Below the pieces are notes generated by a model, which did not search any database, was not told the origin of the DNA, and saw nothing but the letters and a program-made list of their open reading frames with translations. DNA of 64,000 nt from Eubacteriales bacterium (GTDB lineage Bacteria; Bacillota; Clostridia; Oscillospirales; CAG-272), in contig JAZSMX010000050.1 in the NCBI GenBank assembly GCA_045536125.1, forward strand, positions 1,953 through 65,952, in the 5' to 3' direction. Below are positions 24,724 through 33,294 of this stretch, in pieces. Made by a program: the position numbers and the translations under genes. The first letter of the stretch is position 1. The number at the start of each line of letters is the position of its first letter.

Positions 24724-27390
24724 ATGAAGCATAGACTTTATTTACCGATCGTTTTGGTTGTAAGCCTTTTGTTACTCCTTTCCTCATGCATCGTGATCGG
24801 GAATCCGTTTCCTGACTTGGAGCGAGTTCCCGATACAAAGGACACCGATTTCGATGACGTCTCTTCTTTTGTTGAATCCAACACAGAAGATCCCGAGGAA
24901 TCAAGCGGTGCAGAGGATCAACCGTCACCGTCTCCCGATAGGGAGGAGGGCACCTCTCTTCCCGAAGAAGAGGACTCACCGTCTCTCGTTCCGAACCCGG
25001 AACCTTCTCCCGATTTGCCTCCTTTATCCGGCGGAAACGATTCAAACGAAGAGCAAAAGCCAAATCCTCCCACGGATTTTTATGAGCGTTTGATCTATGA
25101 AAATCTTGTTTCCAACGTGTTGTCATCTCAAACCAATTTTTTGATGAAGCTTGAAACCGAAAGCGCCGAGAAGGAAAGCTATTGGTATTATTCTGTGGTG
25201 AACGGCGTGCTTTGGATAGATGCCTCGCGTTATGATGAAGCTGCCGCCAGGAGCACGGTCTACAGTGTTAGAGGAGACGCATATTACTCCAAAAAGGGAA
25301 ACGCGCTTTCCTTTTTCGTGATTCCCGATGACGCTCCCGATGATGTCGCCGCGCTTTTTGGACCGGGTATCTTTGCCTCGGGGGCAGAATATCTTGACAA
25401 ACACGAACTTGAGGGCGGACTTTTGCAGTGTACGTCAAAATTGAATGCTTCCTCTTCATCGATCTATGATTACGTTCTTTATACGTACGTTGCGGATGCT
25501 GAAACGTTGCTTTTAAAAAGTGCCAAAGCAAATTGGATCAAAGGAGATCTGACGGTTCATTCCACGCTCGTTACCTTTTCTTACAGTCTTGAAAATTTTG
25601 AAGCCGATCTCTCTGCTTACAATGCGCATCTGCAAGCGACCGATCAAATAACGCTTTCCCTATATGATGAAGAGGGGGCAAGTTCCGTTTATACGCTTGC
25701 GGCAGACAGTAAGATCGGAGCTGCTTCTTCCATTGACGGCACGGAATACGCCCTTTATAAAAACGAGGGGCGCACGAAGGACGTAAACGATCTTTCATTC
25801 TCCAATAATAAAGCGGCAACGGTTTATCTTGGCAAGTGGACCGGGGACGTATCCTTTGAGTTTGCCTTGGGAAACGAAGACGTCGAACGCTTTGACACCT
25901 TGCTTTCCGAGTTTGAAGAGCTTGCCAAGCAGCAGAGCAGCGATACGCGGGAGGCATTCAAGGCACATGATAAGGTGTATGAAATGTTCGAATATATTCG
26001 AACGGAATCGAACGTAGCATACGTCAATTATTATTCCGATCTTGCGAGCGAGACCTATTGGGAGCAATATTCTTACGCCGAGGAAATCTATTCCAATGTG
26101 TATTCGAAATATTACTCTGCGCTTCTCAGAATCAAAGCCTCCGATTCTCCCTTCAAAGCGGAATTCTTTGCTGATTGGAGCGCGGAGGAGCTTGAGGAAT
26201 TGGAGCGGGATTATTCGGGCGTTTCCGATCTTCAAAGCGCAAATAACGAATTGCTTGATTCCTATTTTGATTTAAACGCGGCCGATGTTGGATGGGGCGA
26301 TGCCGTCAATCACATCTATGAGCAGTTCATTCAAAACTCCAATGAAATTGCCGATGTTTTTGGATATGAAAATTACTATGAATATGCATCGGTGAAGCGT
26401 TATCGCCGCGATTACTCCAAGGAGCAAAGAGGAAATTTCAGAGCCTACGTGAAGCAGTATATCGTTCCTCTTTACATGGATTGCTATGATCGCTACAATT
26501 CTCGCTTTCATGATTTGAGCATCAGTCAATTCAATGCATTCAATGAGTTGATTTCCAATGATTATCGGACGGTCCCCCTTGCCGAAACCTACGTCAACGG
26601 ATATTTTGAAATTTTTGATGATGAATTGCAGAAGAAGCTTTCCTCGATGCTCACGAAGAACAGCACGGTCATTTCCGATGCGGCGGGAGCGTATGAAGGG
26701 GCATTTACCACGTATTTCGATTACTATGAAGAGCCGGTTGCCTATTTTCATGAGGACTTCATGGATCTTTTGACCGTGATCCATGAAAACGGTCATTATG
26801 CCGCTTACTACGGAATTGGTGGTGCGGCACTTCCGGGGTTGGATCTTTGCGAGACACATTCCCAGGGAAACGAATGGCTCTTTATGGCATATCTGGAGGA
26901 TGCTCCCGGAGTGGACCGAGACGTTTATGAGGTGTTCCTTCTCAGACGCCTTTTGACCGGATTGCAGGGAATCGTTCTTTCAACGCTGGTGGATGAATGT
27001 GAAGAAAGCTTTTACAGTGCCGAAACCCCGTTTGCGTCGGATGAGTTTGATGCGGAGATCGAAAGAATCGAGAATACCTACGGAGAGTTTGCGGGACTGT
27101 TTGACGTGAACGGATATTTCAAGCGTGTGGTGCTGAGCTCTCCCGTGTATTATATCAGCTATGCAACCTCCGAGCTTGCTTCGATTGCTCTGTACGTCAA
27201 AGCTATCAATAATTTTGACGAGACAAGAGACGATTTCTCAAGGCTCTTGAACGAGGCAGATTCCTCGGATACCTTCTTAGCATCTCTTGAAGCCGCGGGA
27301 CTTCCGTCGCCCTTTGAGCTTTCGACCTTTGAGAATTTTGAAGGAACCATCGGAATGATTGTTTCTTCAACCCAATCTCTGGCGGCTTAA
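24724..27390 (+). CDS. lipoprotein with acidic/Pro-rich linker and C-terminal M3B (PepF-like) peptidase domain
   Basis: Lipobox MKHRLYLPIVLVVSLLLLLSSC, a ~100-aa D/E/P/S-rich linker, and the zinc motif VIHENGHYAAYY in a helical PepF-like region. Confidence 0.6.
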   Translation: MKHRLYLPIVLVVSLLLLLSSCIVIGNPFPDLERVPDTKDTDFDDVSSFVESNTEDPEESSGAEDQPSPSPDREEGTSLPEEEDSPSLVPNPEPSPDLPPLSGGNDSNEEQKPNPPTDFYERLIYENLVSNVLSSQTNFLMKLETESAEKESYWYYSVVNGVLWIDASRYDEAAARSTVYSVRGDAYYSKKGNALSFFVIPDDAPDDVAALFGPGIFASGAEYLDKHELEGGLLQCTSKLNASSSSIYDYVLYTYVADAETLLLKSAKANWIKGDLTVHSTLVTFSYSLENFEADLSAYNAHLQATDQITLSLYDEEGASSVYTLAADSKIGAASSIDGTEYALYKNEGRTKDVNDLSFSNNKAATVYLGKWTGDVSFEFALGNEDVERFDTLLSEFEELAKQQSSDTREAFKAHDKVYEMFEYIRTESNVAYVNYYSDLASETYWEQYSYAEEIYSNVYSKYYSALLRIKASDSPFKAEFFADWSAEELEELERDYSGVSDLQSANNELLDSYFDLNAADVGWGDAVNHIYEQFIQNSNEIADVFGYENYYEYASVKRYRRDYSKEQRGNFRAYVKQYIVPLYMDCYDRYNSRFHDLSISQFNAFNELISNDYRTVPLAETYVNGYFEIFDDELQKKLSSMLTKNSTVISDAAGAYEGAFTTYFDYYEEPVAYFHEDFMDLLTVIHENGHYAAYYGIGGAALPGLDLCETHSQGNEWLFMAYLEDAPGVDRDVYEVFLLRRLLTGLQGIVLSTLVDECEESFYSAETPFASDEFDAEIERIENTYGEFAGLFDVNGYFKRVVLSSPVYYISYATSELASIALYVKAINNFDETRDDFSRLLNEADSSDTFLASLEAAGLPSPFELSTFENFEGTIGMIVSSTQSLAA

Positions 27391-27439
27391 TGCTTTATTT
27401 GGATGCAAACATTCATTTTTATCTTCGAAGGAGTGGAAT

Positions 27440-28618
27440 ATGAGAATTTTACTTGATAATTTAACAAAAAAATATCCTCCGAGAAGCAAACGGAGTGGAA
27501 GTGAGGTCGTAGCGGTTGATCATGCTTCCTTTGAGATTCCCGACGGAAAGCTGATCGGACTTCTTGGCCCCTCCGGCTGCGGTAAAAGCACTACGCTGGG
27601 GTTGATCAGCGGATTGATCAAGCCAACGGAGGGAAGTATCTTTTTCGGAGATGAGGATGTGACAAGGGTTGCGCCTGAGCATCGCGGAGTCGGTCTTGTC
27701 TTCCAGAATTATGCTCTCTATCCCCATTTGACGGTAATGGAGAATATCACGTTTCCCCTTGAAAATTTGAAGGGGCGTGCGAAATTAAAGCGCGAGGAAC
27801 GTCAAAGACGCGCCCGTGAGATTGCGCGCTTGGTTCAGATCGATGATCTCCTTGACAGAAAGCCGTCGGAGCTTTCGGGCGGTCAGCAGCAGCGAGTTGC
27901 CATCGCACGAGCACTGGTAAAAATGCCAAGCGTCCTTCTTCTGGACGAGCCTCTTTCCAATCTGGACGCCAGACTTCGTCTGCAAACCAGAGAGGAGATC
28001 AAGCGAATTCAGAAGGAAACGGGAATCACCACAGTCTTTGTGACGCACGACCAGGATGAGGCAATGAGCATTTCGGATCTGATTGTTGTAATGAAGGACG
28101 GTGTTGTTCAGCAAATCGGTGCACCGCAGACGGTGTATGACGATCCCGCCAATCTTTTTGTCGCGCGCTTTCTGGGAATTCCTCCTATCAACGTCTTTAA
28201 GGGATGTGTGAAGAAGGGGCGGCTTTACATCGGCGGTGCCCGTGTGATGGACGTCGCAGATGCTCGCGACGGTGAGGTCTTTGCAGCGGTGCGTCCCGAA
28301 GGGTTTGTTCCGAATGAAAAGGGAAGCCTTGTTTGTACCCTTTCGGGCATTGAGGTTATGGGACGCGATGTCAGTATTCTTTCTTCTCACGAGGCATCCG
28401 TGAATCCCACGGTACGTACCATCATTCCCTCCGATCTGTGCGTGAATACCTCGGAGAGAGAGATCGCCTTTGATTTGAAGCCCTCGAAGGTGTTTTTATT
28501 TGATCCGGAAACCGAGGCTCGCATTTCCTTTCAAGGAAACACTTTGACAGCGGCGACTGCCGATACGAAAAAGGATTCTAAGCTGTTGCGCGTTTTCTCA
28601 CGCCTTTTTAAGAAATGA
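27440..28618 (+). CDS. carbohydrate-type ABC transporter ATPase (MsmX/UgpC/MalK-like)
   Basis: [24 protein letters not shown], and a C-terminal regulatory/TOBE-like domain. Start trimmed to MRILLDNL (AAGGAG RBS). Confidence 0.9.
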   Translation: MRILLDNLTKKYPPRSKRSGSEVVAVDHASFEIPDGKLIGLLGPSGCGKSTTLGLISGLIKPTEGSIFFGDEDVTRVAPEHRGVGLVFQNYALYPHLTVMENITFPLENLKGRAKLKREERQRRAREIARLVQIDDLLDRKPSELSGGQQQRVAIARALVKMPSVLLLDEPLSNLDARLRLQTREEIKRIQKETGITTVFVTHDQDEAMSISDLIVVMKDGVVQQIGAPQTVYDDPANLFVARFLGIPPINVFKGCVKKGRLYIGGARVMDVADARDGEVFAAVRPEGFVPNEKGSLVCTLSGIEVMGRDVSILSSHEASVNPTVRTIIPSDLCVNTSEREIAFDLKPSKVFLFDPETEARISFQGNTLTAATADTKKDSKLLRVFSRLFKK

Positions 28619-28658
28619 AGCAAAGAAAAAATGTGTTTCAAATCAGAAAGGGAGGAAA

Positions 28659-29552
28659 ATGATGGAAAAAAAGAATCTCAAAGCATGGCTTTACCTCTTG
28701 CCCGCAATTTTGTTTCTCGGCCTTTTCATGATATATCCTTTGATCGACGTTCTGATCTATTCCTTTGAAGAAGGGTATAATTCCACCTCTGAAACAGCTC
28801 ATGGGATAGGATTTTACAATTATGCTTACGTTTTAAACGATCCGTATTTTTTACAGGCGATCAAAAACACCTTGATTTTGGTCGGTATTACCGTGCCTCT
28901 TTCTACGGTGATCGCCCTTGCCGTTTCGGTTTGCTTGGCTTCAATCAAGAAGCTTCGCAATCTGTTTCAAACCGTATATTTTTTGCCCTATGTCACCAAT
29001 ACGCTGGCGGTGGGACTTGTCTTTATGCTATTGTTCAAGCCGACCGATTACAGTCCCGGACTTGTGAATCTTTTGCTGGGTGTGTTCGGCATATCGCCAA
29101 TCGATTTTATTGAAGGCCCATATGCGGCAAAGATGTTTGTCCTTTGCTTCTATACCGTTTGGGCGGTTCTTCCTTTCAAAATTCTGGTACTCACAGGTGC
29201 GCTTGCTTCTGTAAAGGAGGATTACTACAGTGCCGCGCGTCTTGACGGTACGTCTTCCTTCCGTATTTTCAGAAAGATTACGCTTCCCATGATTTCTCCA
29301 ACGGTATTCTATCTGATCATCACGGGATTCATCGGTGCATTCAAGGCGTATAACGATGCGGTGGCACTTTTTGGAACGGAGCTCAACGTTGCGGAAATGA
29401 ATACGATTGTAGGGTATATTTACGACCGCCTGTACGGAGAGGGCGGTGGGTATCCTTCGTTTGCTTCTGCCGCCGCGATCATTCTGTTTGTCATTGTTCT
29501 CACCATCACGTGCATCAATCTCTTGGTCAGCAAAAAGCACGTGCATTATTAA
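28659..29552 (+). CDS. sugar ABC permease (MalF/UgpA-like)
   Basis: 297 aa, 6 TM, EAA-loop YYSAARLDGTSSFRIFRKITLP. Confidence 0.9.
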   Translation: MMEKKNLKAWLYLLPAILFLGLFMIYPLIDVLIYSFEEGYNSTSETAHGIGFYNYAYVLNDPYFLQAIKNTLILVGITVPLSTVIALAVSVCLASIKKLRNLFQTVYFLPYVTNTLAVGLVFMLLFKPTDYSPGLVNLLLGVFGISPIDFIEGPYAAKMFVLCFYTVWAVLPFKILVLTGALASVKEDYYSAARLDGTSSFRIFRKITLPMISPTVFYLIITGFIGAFKAYNDAVALFGTELNVAEMNTIVGYIYDRLYGEGGGYPSFASAAAIILFVIVLTITCINLLVSKKHVHY

Positions 29553-29567
29553 AAAGGGGGGAATAGA

Positions 29568-30434
29568 ATGAATAAGCTTGATCAAAAAGAACAAAAGACG
29601 AAAAGCCGTCGTCGCACCCAAACTGCGGTTTCTTATACGGTGCTGGGGCTTTGGGGTGTGTTGGTTTTGTTTCCCTTTTACTGGATGCTTTTGACCGCAT
29701 TCAAATCCTATAAGGAATACAATGGGGAAAGTGTTCCGAAGCTTTTTTCCGAGCATCCGACGTTTCAGAATTTTGTGACCGCGTTTACAGAGGTTCCTCT
29801 GGCAACCTATTTTCTCAATACGTTGATTTTTACCTTGGCAACCACGGCATTGATGCTTGCGGTGGTAATTCCTGCGGCATATGCCTTTGCAAGATTGGAG
29901 TTCAAAGGAAAAAATCTTGTGTTTACCATCTTTCTTTCCCTGATGATGATTCCAAACGAGCTTGTGATCATCACCAATTTTACAACGGTTACCAATCTGG
30001 ATCTCCGGAATACCTTTTTGGGGTTGATTCTGCCTTCCGTAATGTCGGTGTTTTATATTTACCTTCTGAAGGAGAATTTTTCTCAAGTTCCGGAGGAGTT
30101 GTATCTTGCCGCGAAGGTGGACGGGACGTCCGATTTTAAATACATGTGGAAGGTCATGCTTCCCATTTGCCGCCCGACTGTGATCACCGTTACGATTCTG
30201 AAGGTGATCGAATGCTGGAATTCTTATATCTGGCCGAGACTGATCACCGATGAAGAGGCTTATTATCTTGTTTCCAACGGAATTCAGGAGCTGCGAGAGA
30301 ATGGCTTCGGACGTCAGAATATTCCCGCGATGATGGCGGCAGTCGTTGCCATCTCTCTGCCGCTTGTGATTTTGTTCCTTGTCTTCCGTAAAAAGATCAT
30401 GGCGGGTGTTGCGAGAGGAGGAACAAAGGGATGA
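29568..30434 (+). CDS. sugar ABC permease (MalG/UgpE-like)
   Basis: 288 aa with EAA-loop LYLAAKVDGTSDFKYMWKVMLP. Confidence 0.9.
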   Translation: MNKLDQKEQKTKSRRRTQTAVSYTVLGLWGVLVLFPFYWMLLTAFKSYKEYNGESVPKLFSEHPTFQNFVTAFTEVPLATYFLNTLIFTLATTALMLAVVIPAAYAFARLEFKGKNLVFTIFLSLMMIPNELVIITNFTTVTNLDLRNTFLGLILPSVMSVFYIYLLKENFSQVPEELYLAAKVDGTSDFKYMWKVMLPICRPTVITVTILKVIECWNSYIWPRLITDEEAYYLVSNGIQELRENGFGRQNIPAMMAAVVAISLPLVILFLVFRKKIMAGVARGGTKG

Positions 30435-32023
30435 GAATAATGCGAAAAGTACTTTGTTTGCTTCTCCTTCTTGCCCTGATGCTTCCCATACTGCTTTCCT
30501 GTCACGGAAGGAAGGAGGAAGCTGATGTCTTTATCACTCCCGATCATTTTGACCTTTCTCAAAAGCACGAGATCGTATTTTGGGCAAAGAACGACACCAA
30601 CAAAACGCAGATTTCGGTTTACAAAAAGGCAATTGAGGATTTTGAAGAAGTGTATCCCAACGTGACCGTTAAAATGAAGCCCTTTACCAACTACAACGAC
30701 ATCTATAAAGAGGTGATCACCAATATTCCGACCGACACCACTCCCAACGTTTGCATTACGTACCCCGACCATATCGCAACCTATAAAACGGGTAAGAACA
30801 CCGTAGTTCCTTTGGATGATCTGGTAACGGATGAACAATACGGTCTTGGTGGGAGCGAGGTGGCGTTTGACGCACCCACGGAAGAAGAGATGGTTTCCAA
30901 ATTTATGGAGGAAGGGAAGATCGGTGGCGTCCAATACGCGCTTCCGTTCATGCGTTCCACCGAAGCCTGCTATATCAATCGCGATTTTGTGGAAAAACTC
31001 GGCTACGAGATTCCCGACGTACTGACGTGGGATTTTGTTTTCGAGGTAAGCTCTAAGGCGATGGAGAAGGATGCGGAGGGAAACTTCAAGGTCAACGGAC
31101 AAAAGGTGCTCCTTCCGTTCATCTATAAGTCCACCGACAATATGATGATTCAGATGCTTCGTCAGAAGGGCGCGGGATATTCTACCGAGGCGGGGCAGAT
31201 CGAGATCTTCAACGATACGACCGAGGAGCTTCTTTATATGGTGGCGGATGCCGCAAACGAGAAGAGCTTTACCACATTTAAAATTAAGGGCTATCCCGGT
31301 AACTACTTCAACGTGGGACAGTGCATTTTCGCAATCGATTCCACGGCGGGTGCGACCTGGATGGGAACGAATGCGCCGCAATCCGAGGTGAGCGAGGAAG
31401 AGATTGTCGAATTCGAGACGGTTGTCCGTCCCATTCCTCAGTTTGACACAAAGCACCCGCAAATGATCTCTCAAGGACCGTCTGTCTGTCTTTTCAATAA
31501 GGAAGATCCGCAAGAGGTGCTCGCGTCCTGGCTCTTTATGCAGTTCCTTCTTACCGATGACGTTCAGATTTCCTATGCGCAAACCGAGGGGTATCTTCCC
31601 GTGACCGAAAAAGCGCATCAAACAGATCGCTACGTCGATTACCTTGAAAGGCGCGGTGAGGACAACGATCTTTACTACAGTGTCAAGCTGGATGCTACCA
31701 CGCTGCTTCTGGATCATATCGACGACACCTTCATCACCCCCGTGTTCAATGGCTCTGCCGATTTGAGAAACGCGGCGGGGCAGATGATTGAGGAGGTCGT
31801 CAAAGGAATCAACCGAAAGAAAACGGTGGATGAAAAATTCCTTCAAGATCTATATGATGAAATGACCTCTCTTTACAGCTTACACGGATTTAAAAAGGAA
31901 TTTGATTCGTTACCGTCGGAAAGCGTGGTGCTTTTGTCGGTGATCGGAGTCGCTTGGTGCGGTATTGCCGCCTACGTTGTCTTCGGAACTGTAAAAAATA
32001 GGCGACTCGGGAAGAAAAAATGA
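30431..32023 (+). CDS. large extracellular solute-binding lipoprotein with C-terminal TM anchor
   Basis: Lipobox MRIMRKVLCLLLLLALMLPILLSC, family-1 SBP-like body of ~480 aa, and C-terminus VVLLSVIGVAWCGIAAYVVFGTVKNRRLGKKK. Confidence 0.8.
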   Translation: MRIMRKVLCLLLLLALMLPILLSCHGRKEEADVFITPDHFDLSQKHEIVFWAKNDTNKTQISVYKKAIEDFEEVYPNVTVKMKPFTNYNDIYKEVITNIPTDTTPNVCITYPDHIATYKTGKNTVVPLDDLVTDEQYGLGGSEVAFDAPTEEEMVSKFMEEGKIGGVQYALPFMRSTEACYINRDFVEKLGYEIPDVLTWDFVFEVSSKAMEKDAEGNFKVNGQKVLLPFIYKSTDNMMIQMLRQKGAGYSTEAGQIEIFNDTTEELLYMVADAANEKSFTTFKIKGYPGNYFNVGQCIFAIDSTAGATWMGTNAPQSEVSEEEIVEFETVVRPIPQFDTKHPQMISQGPSVCLFNKEDPQEVLASWLFMQFLLTDDVQISYAQTEGYLPVTEKAHQTDRYVDYLERRGEDNDLYYSVKLDATTLLLDHIDDTFITPVFNGSADLRNAAGQMIEEVVKGINRKKTVDEKFLQDLYDEMTSLYSLHGFKKEFDSLPSESVVLLSVIGVAWCGIAAYVVFGTVKNRRLGKKK

Positions 32024-32033
32024 CGTTTTCCTA

Positions 32034-32061
32034 TTGACAGAATTCTATTTTGGATTATAAT
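32034..32061 (+). promoter_or_regulatory. promoter of the 236-aa lipoprotein gene
   Basis: TTGACA (32034-32039), 16 nt, TATAAT (32056-32061). Confidence 0.5.
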
Positions 32062-32106
32062 ATTACTGTACGTTAAAGTACAGAGTAAAAACAAAGGAGA
32101 GAAAAA

Positions 32107-32817
32107 ATGAAAAAATTACTGGCTGTACTCATGGTTTTGGCGATGGTGGTTGCTGTTTTCGTTGCTTGTGAAGCAGAAGACGCAACTCCCGAGTTTGATC
32201 CCAATGCAAAGTCTGAAGGCTCTATGACCTATGCTCAGTATTCCGAGGCAAAGGTTGACGACGAGGTCGTGATTGAGGGCTTTGTTCAGGCGAAGCAGTC
32301 CTGGTGGGACAACAAGGCAAACGTTTATTTGCAGGATGGAGACGGTGCTTACTTCGTGTATGAATTGGCATGCACTGAGGATGAGTACAAAACGCTGACC
32401 ATCGGAACCAAGATCAAGGTAAAGGGTAGCAAGGGAGAATGGGACGGTGAGGTCGAAGTTATGGACGCAACCTTTGAATTGCTTGAAAGCGATCCTTACG
32501 TTGCAGAGGCACTTGACGTGACCGACCTTCTCGGAAAGGACGATTTGATCAAGCACCAGAATATGTTCGTTACCTTCAAGGATATGACCGTCGAAAAGGT
32601 TTCCTTCAAGAATGACGAGCCCGGTGACGATATCTACGTAACACTGAAAAAAGGCGATGCTTCCTACAGCTTCTGTGTAGAAATGTATCTGACCGGTCCC
32701 GATACGCAGGTTTATAAGGATGTCAGCGCGCTCAAAGAGGGCGATGTGATCGACGTTGAGGGCTTCCTTTACTGGTGGAACGGTCCCAATACCCACATCA
32801 CTTCCGTAGCAAAGTGA
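32107..32817 (+). CDS. lipoprotein with two OB-fold-like halves (function unknown)
   Basis: Lipobox MKKLLAVLMVLAMVVAVFVAC. Two similar beta-rich halves (VVIEGFVQAK...GTKIKVKGSKGEWDG and FVTFKDMTV...GDVIDVEGFLYWWNG). Confidence 0.6.
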   Translation: MKKLLAVLMVLAMVVAVFVACEAEDATPEFDPNAKSEGSMTYAQYSEAKVDDEVVIEGFVQAKQSWWDNKANVYLQDGDGAYFVYELACTEDEYKTLTIGTKIKVKGSKGEWDGEVEVMDATFELLESDPYVAEALDVTDLLGKDDLIKHQNMFVTFKDMTVEKVSFKNDEPGDDIYVTLKKGDASYSFCVEMYLTGPDTQVYKDVSALKEGDVIDVEGFLYWWNGPNTHITSVAK

Positions 32818-32835
32818 TTTTATAAAATCATCAAA

Positions 32836-32880
32836 AGCAGGATAGGCTTCACTTCTTTTGGAGCTGATCCTGCTTTTTTT
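32836..32880 (+). terminator. terminator after the 236-aa lipoprotein gene
   Basis: AGCAGGAT/ATCCTGCT stem followed by T7. Confidence 0.6.
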
Positions 32881-32889
32881 ACTTTTTTC

Positions 32890-32918
32890 TTGACAAATGC
32901 AGGAATTCATTGTAAAAT
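32890..32918 (+). promoter_or_regulatory. promoter of the small lipoprotein / LamG-SGNH genes
   Basis: TTGACA (32890-32895), 17 nt, TAAAAT (32913-32918). Confidence 0.5.
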
Positions 32919-32976
32919 ATAGATATCGGGTGGACAAATAAGATGTCTGCCTAAATGATCTTTTGGGAGATTGATT

Positions 32977-33243
32977 ATGAAAAGCTTAAAGACCTATTTT
33001 TTGCTTCTTCTTGCGTGCTGTCTTGTCTTTGCGTTTGCGGCTTGCGGTACGGAGGGAGGGGATGCATCCTCCGATTCTTCAACGCAGGATGCCGCAACGT
33101 CAGAGCCGAATGGGGAAGACGAAAGCACGACTCCACAGGAAAGCGAATCCTCGGGAACGAATGAGACCATGCCTGACGGTGATCCTGTCAAGGATCCTTG
33201 GGTGGACGATATCGGGGATGAGCTTTGGACAGAGATGTCTTAA
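32977..33243 (+). CDS. small, highly acidic lipoprotein
   Basis: 88 aa, MKSLKTYFLLLLACCLVFAFAAC lipobox followed by a D/E/S/T-rich low-complexity tail. GGGAGA RBS 6 nt upstream of the ATG at 32977. Confidence 0.55.
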   Translation: MKSLKTYFLLLLACCLVFAFAACGTEGGDASSDSSTQDAATSEPNGEDESTTPQESESSGTNETMPDGDPVKDPWVDDIGDELWTEMS

Positions 33244-33294
33244 TGAACGGCTTGCTTGATCAAGCATTGCTATCTTGCTTTTAAGGAGATTTTT

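Noticed and set aside
30314-31846. 510-aa ORF on the minus strand
   Set aside because: It is entirely antisense to the SBP gene, which has a lipobox, RBS and family-like sequence. The antisense product is low-complexity (R/H/L-rich) with no RBS. It is a shadow ORF.
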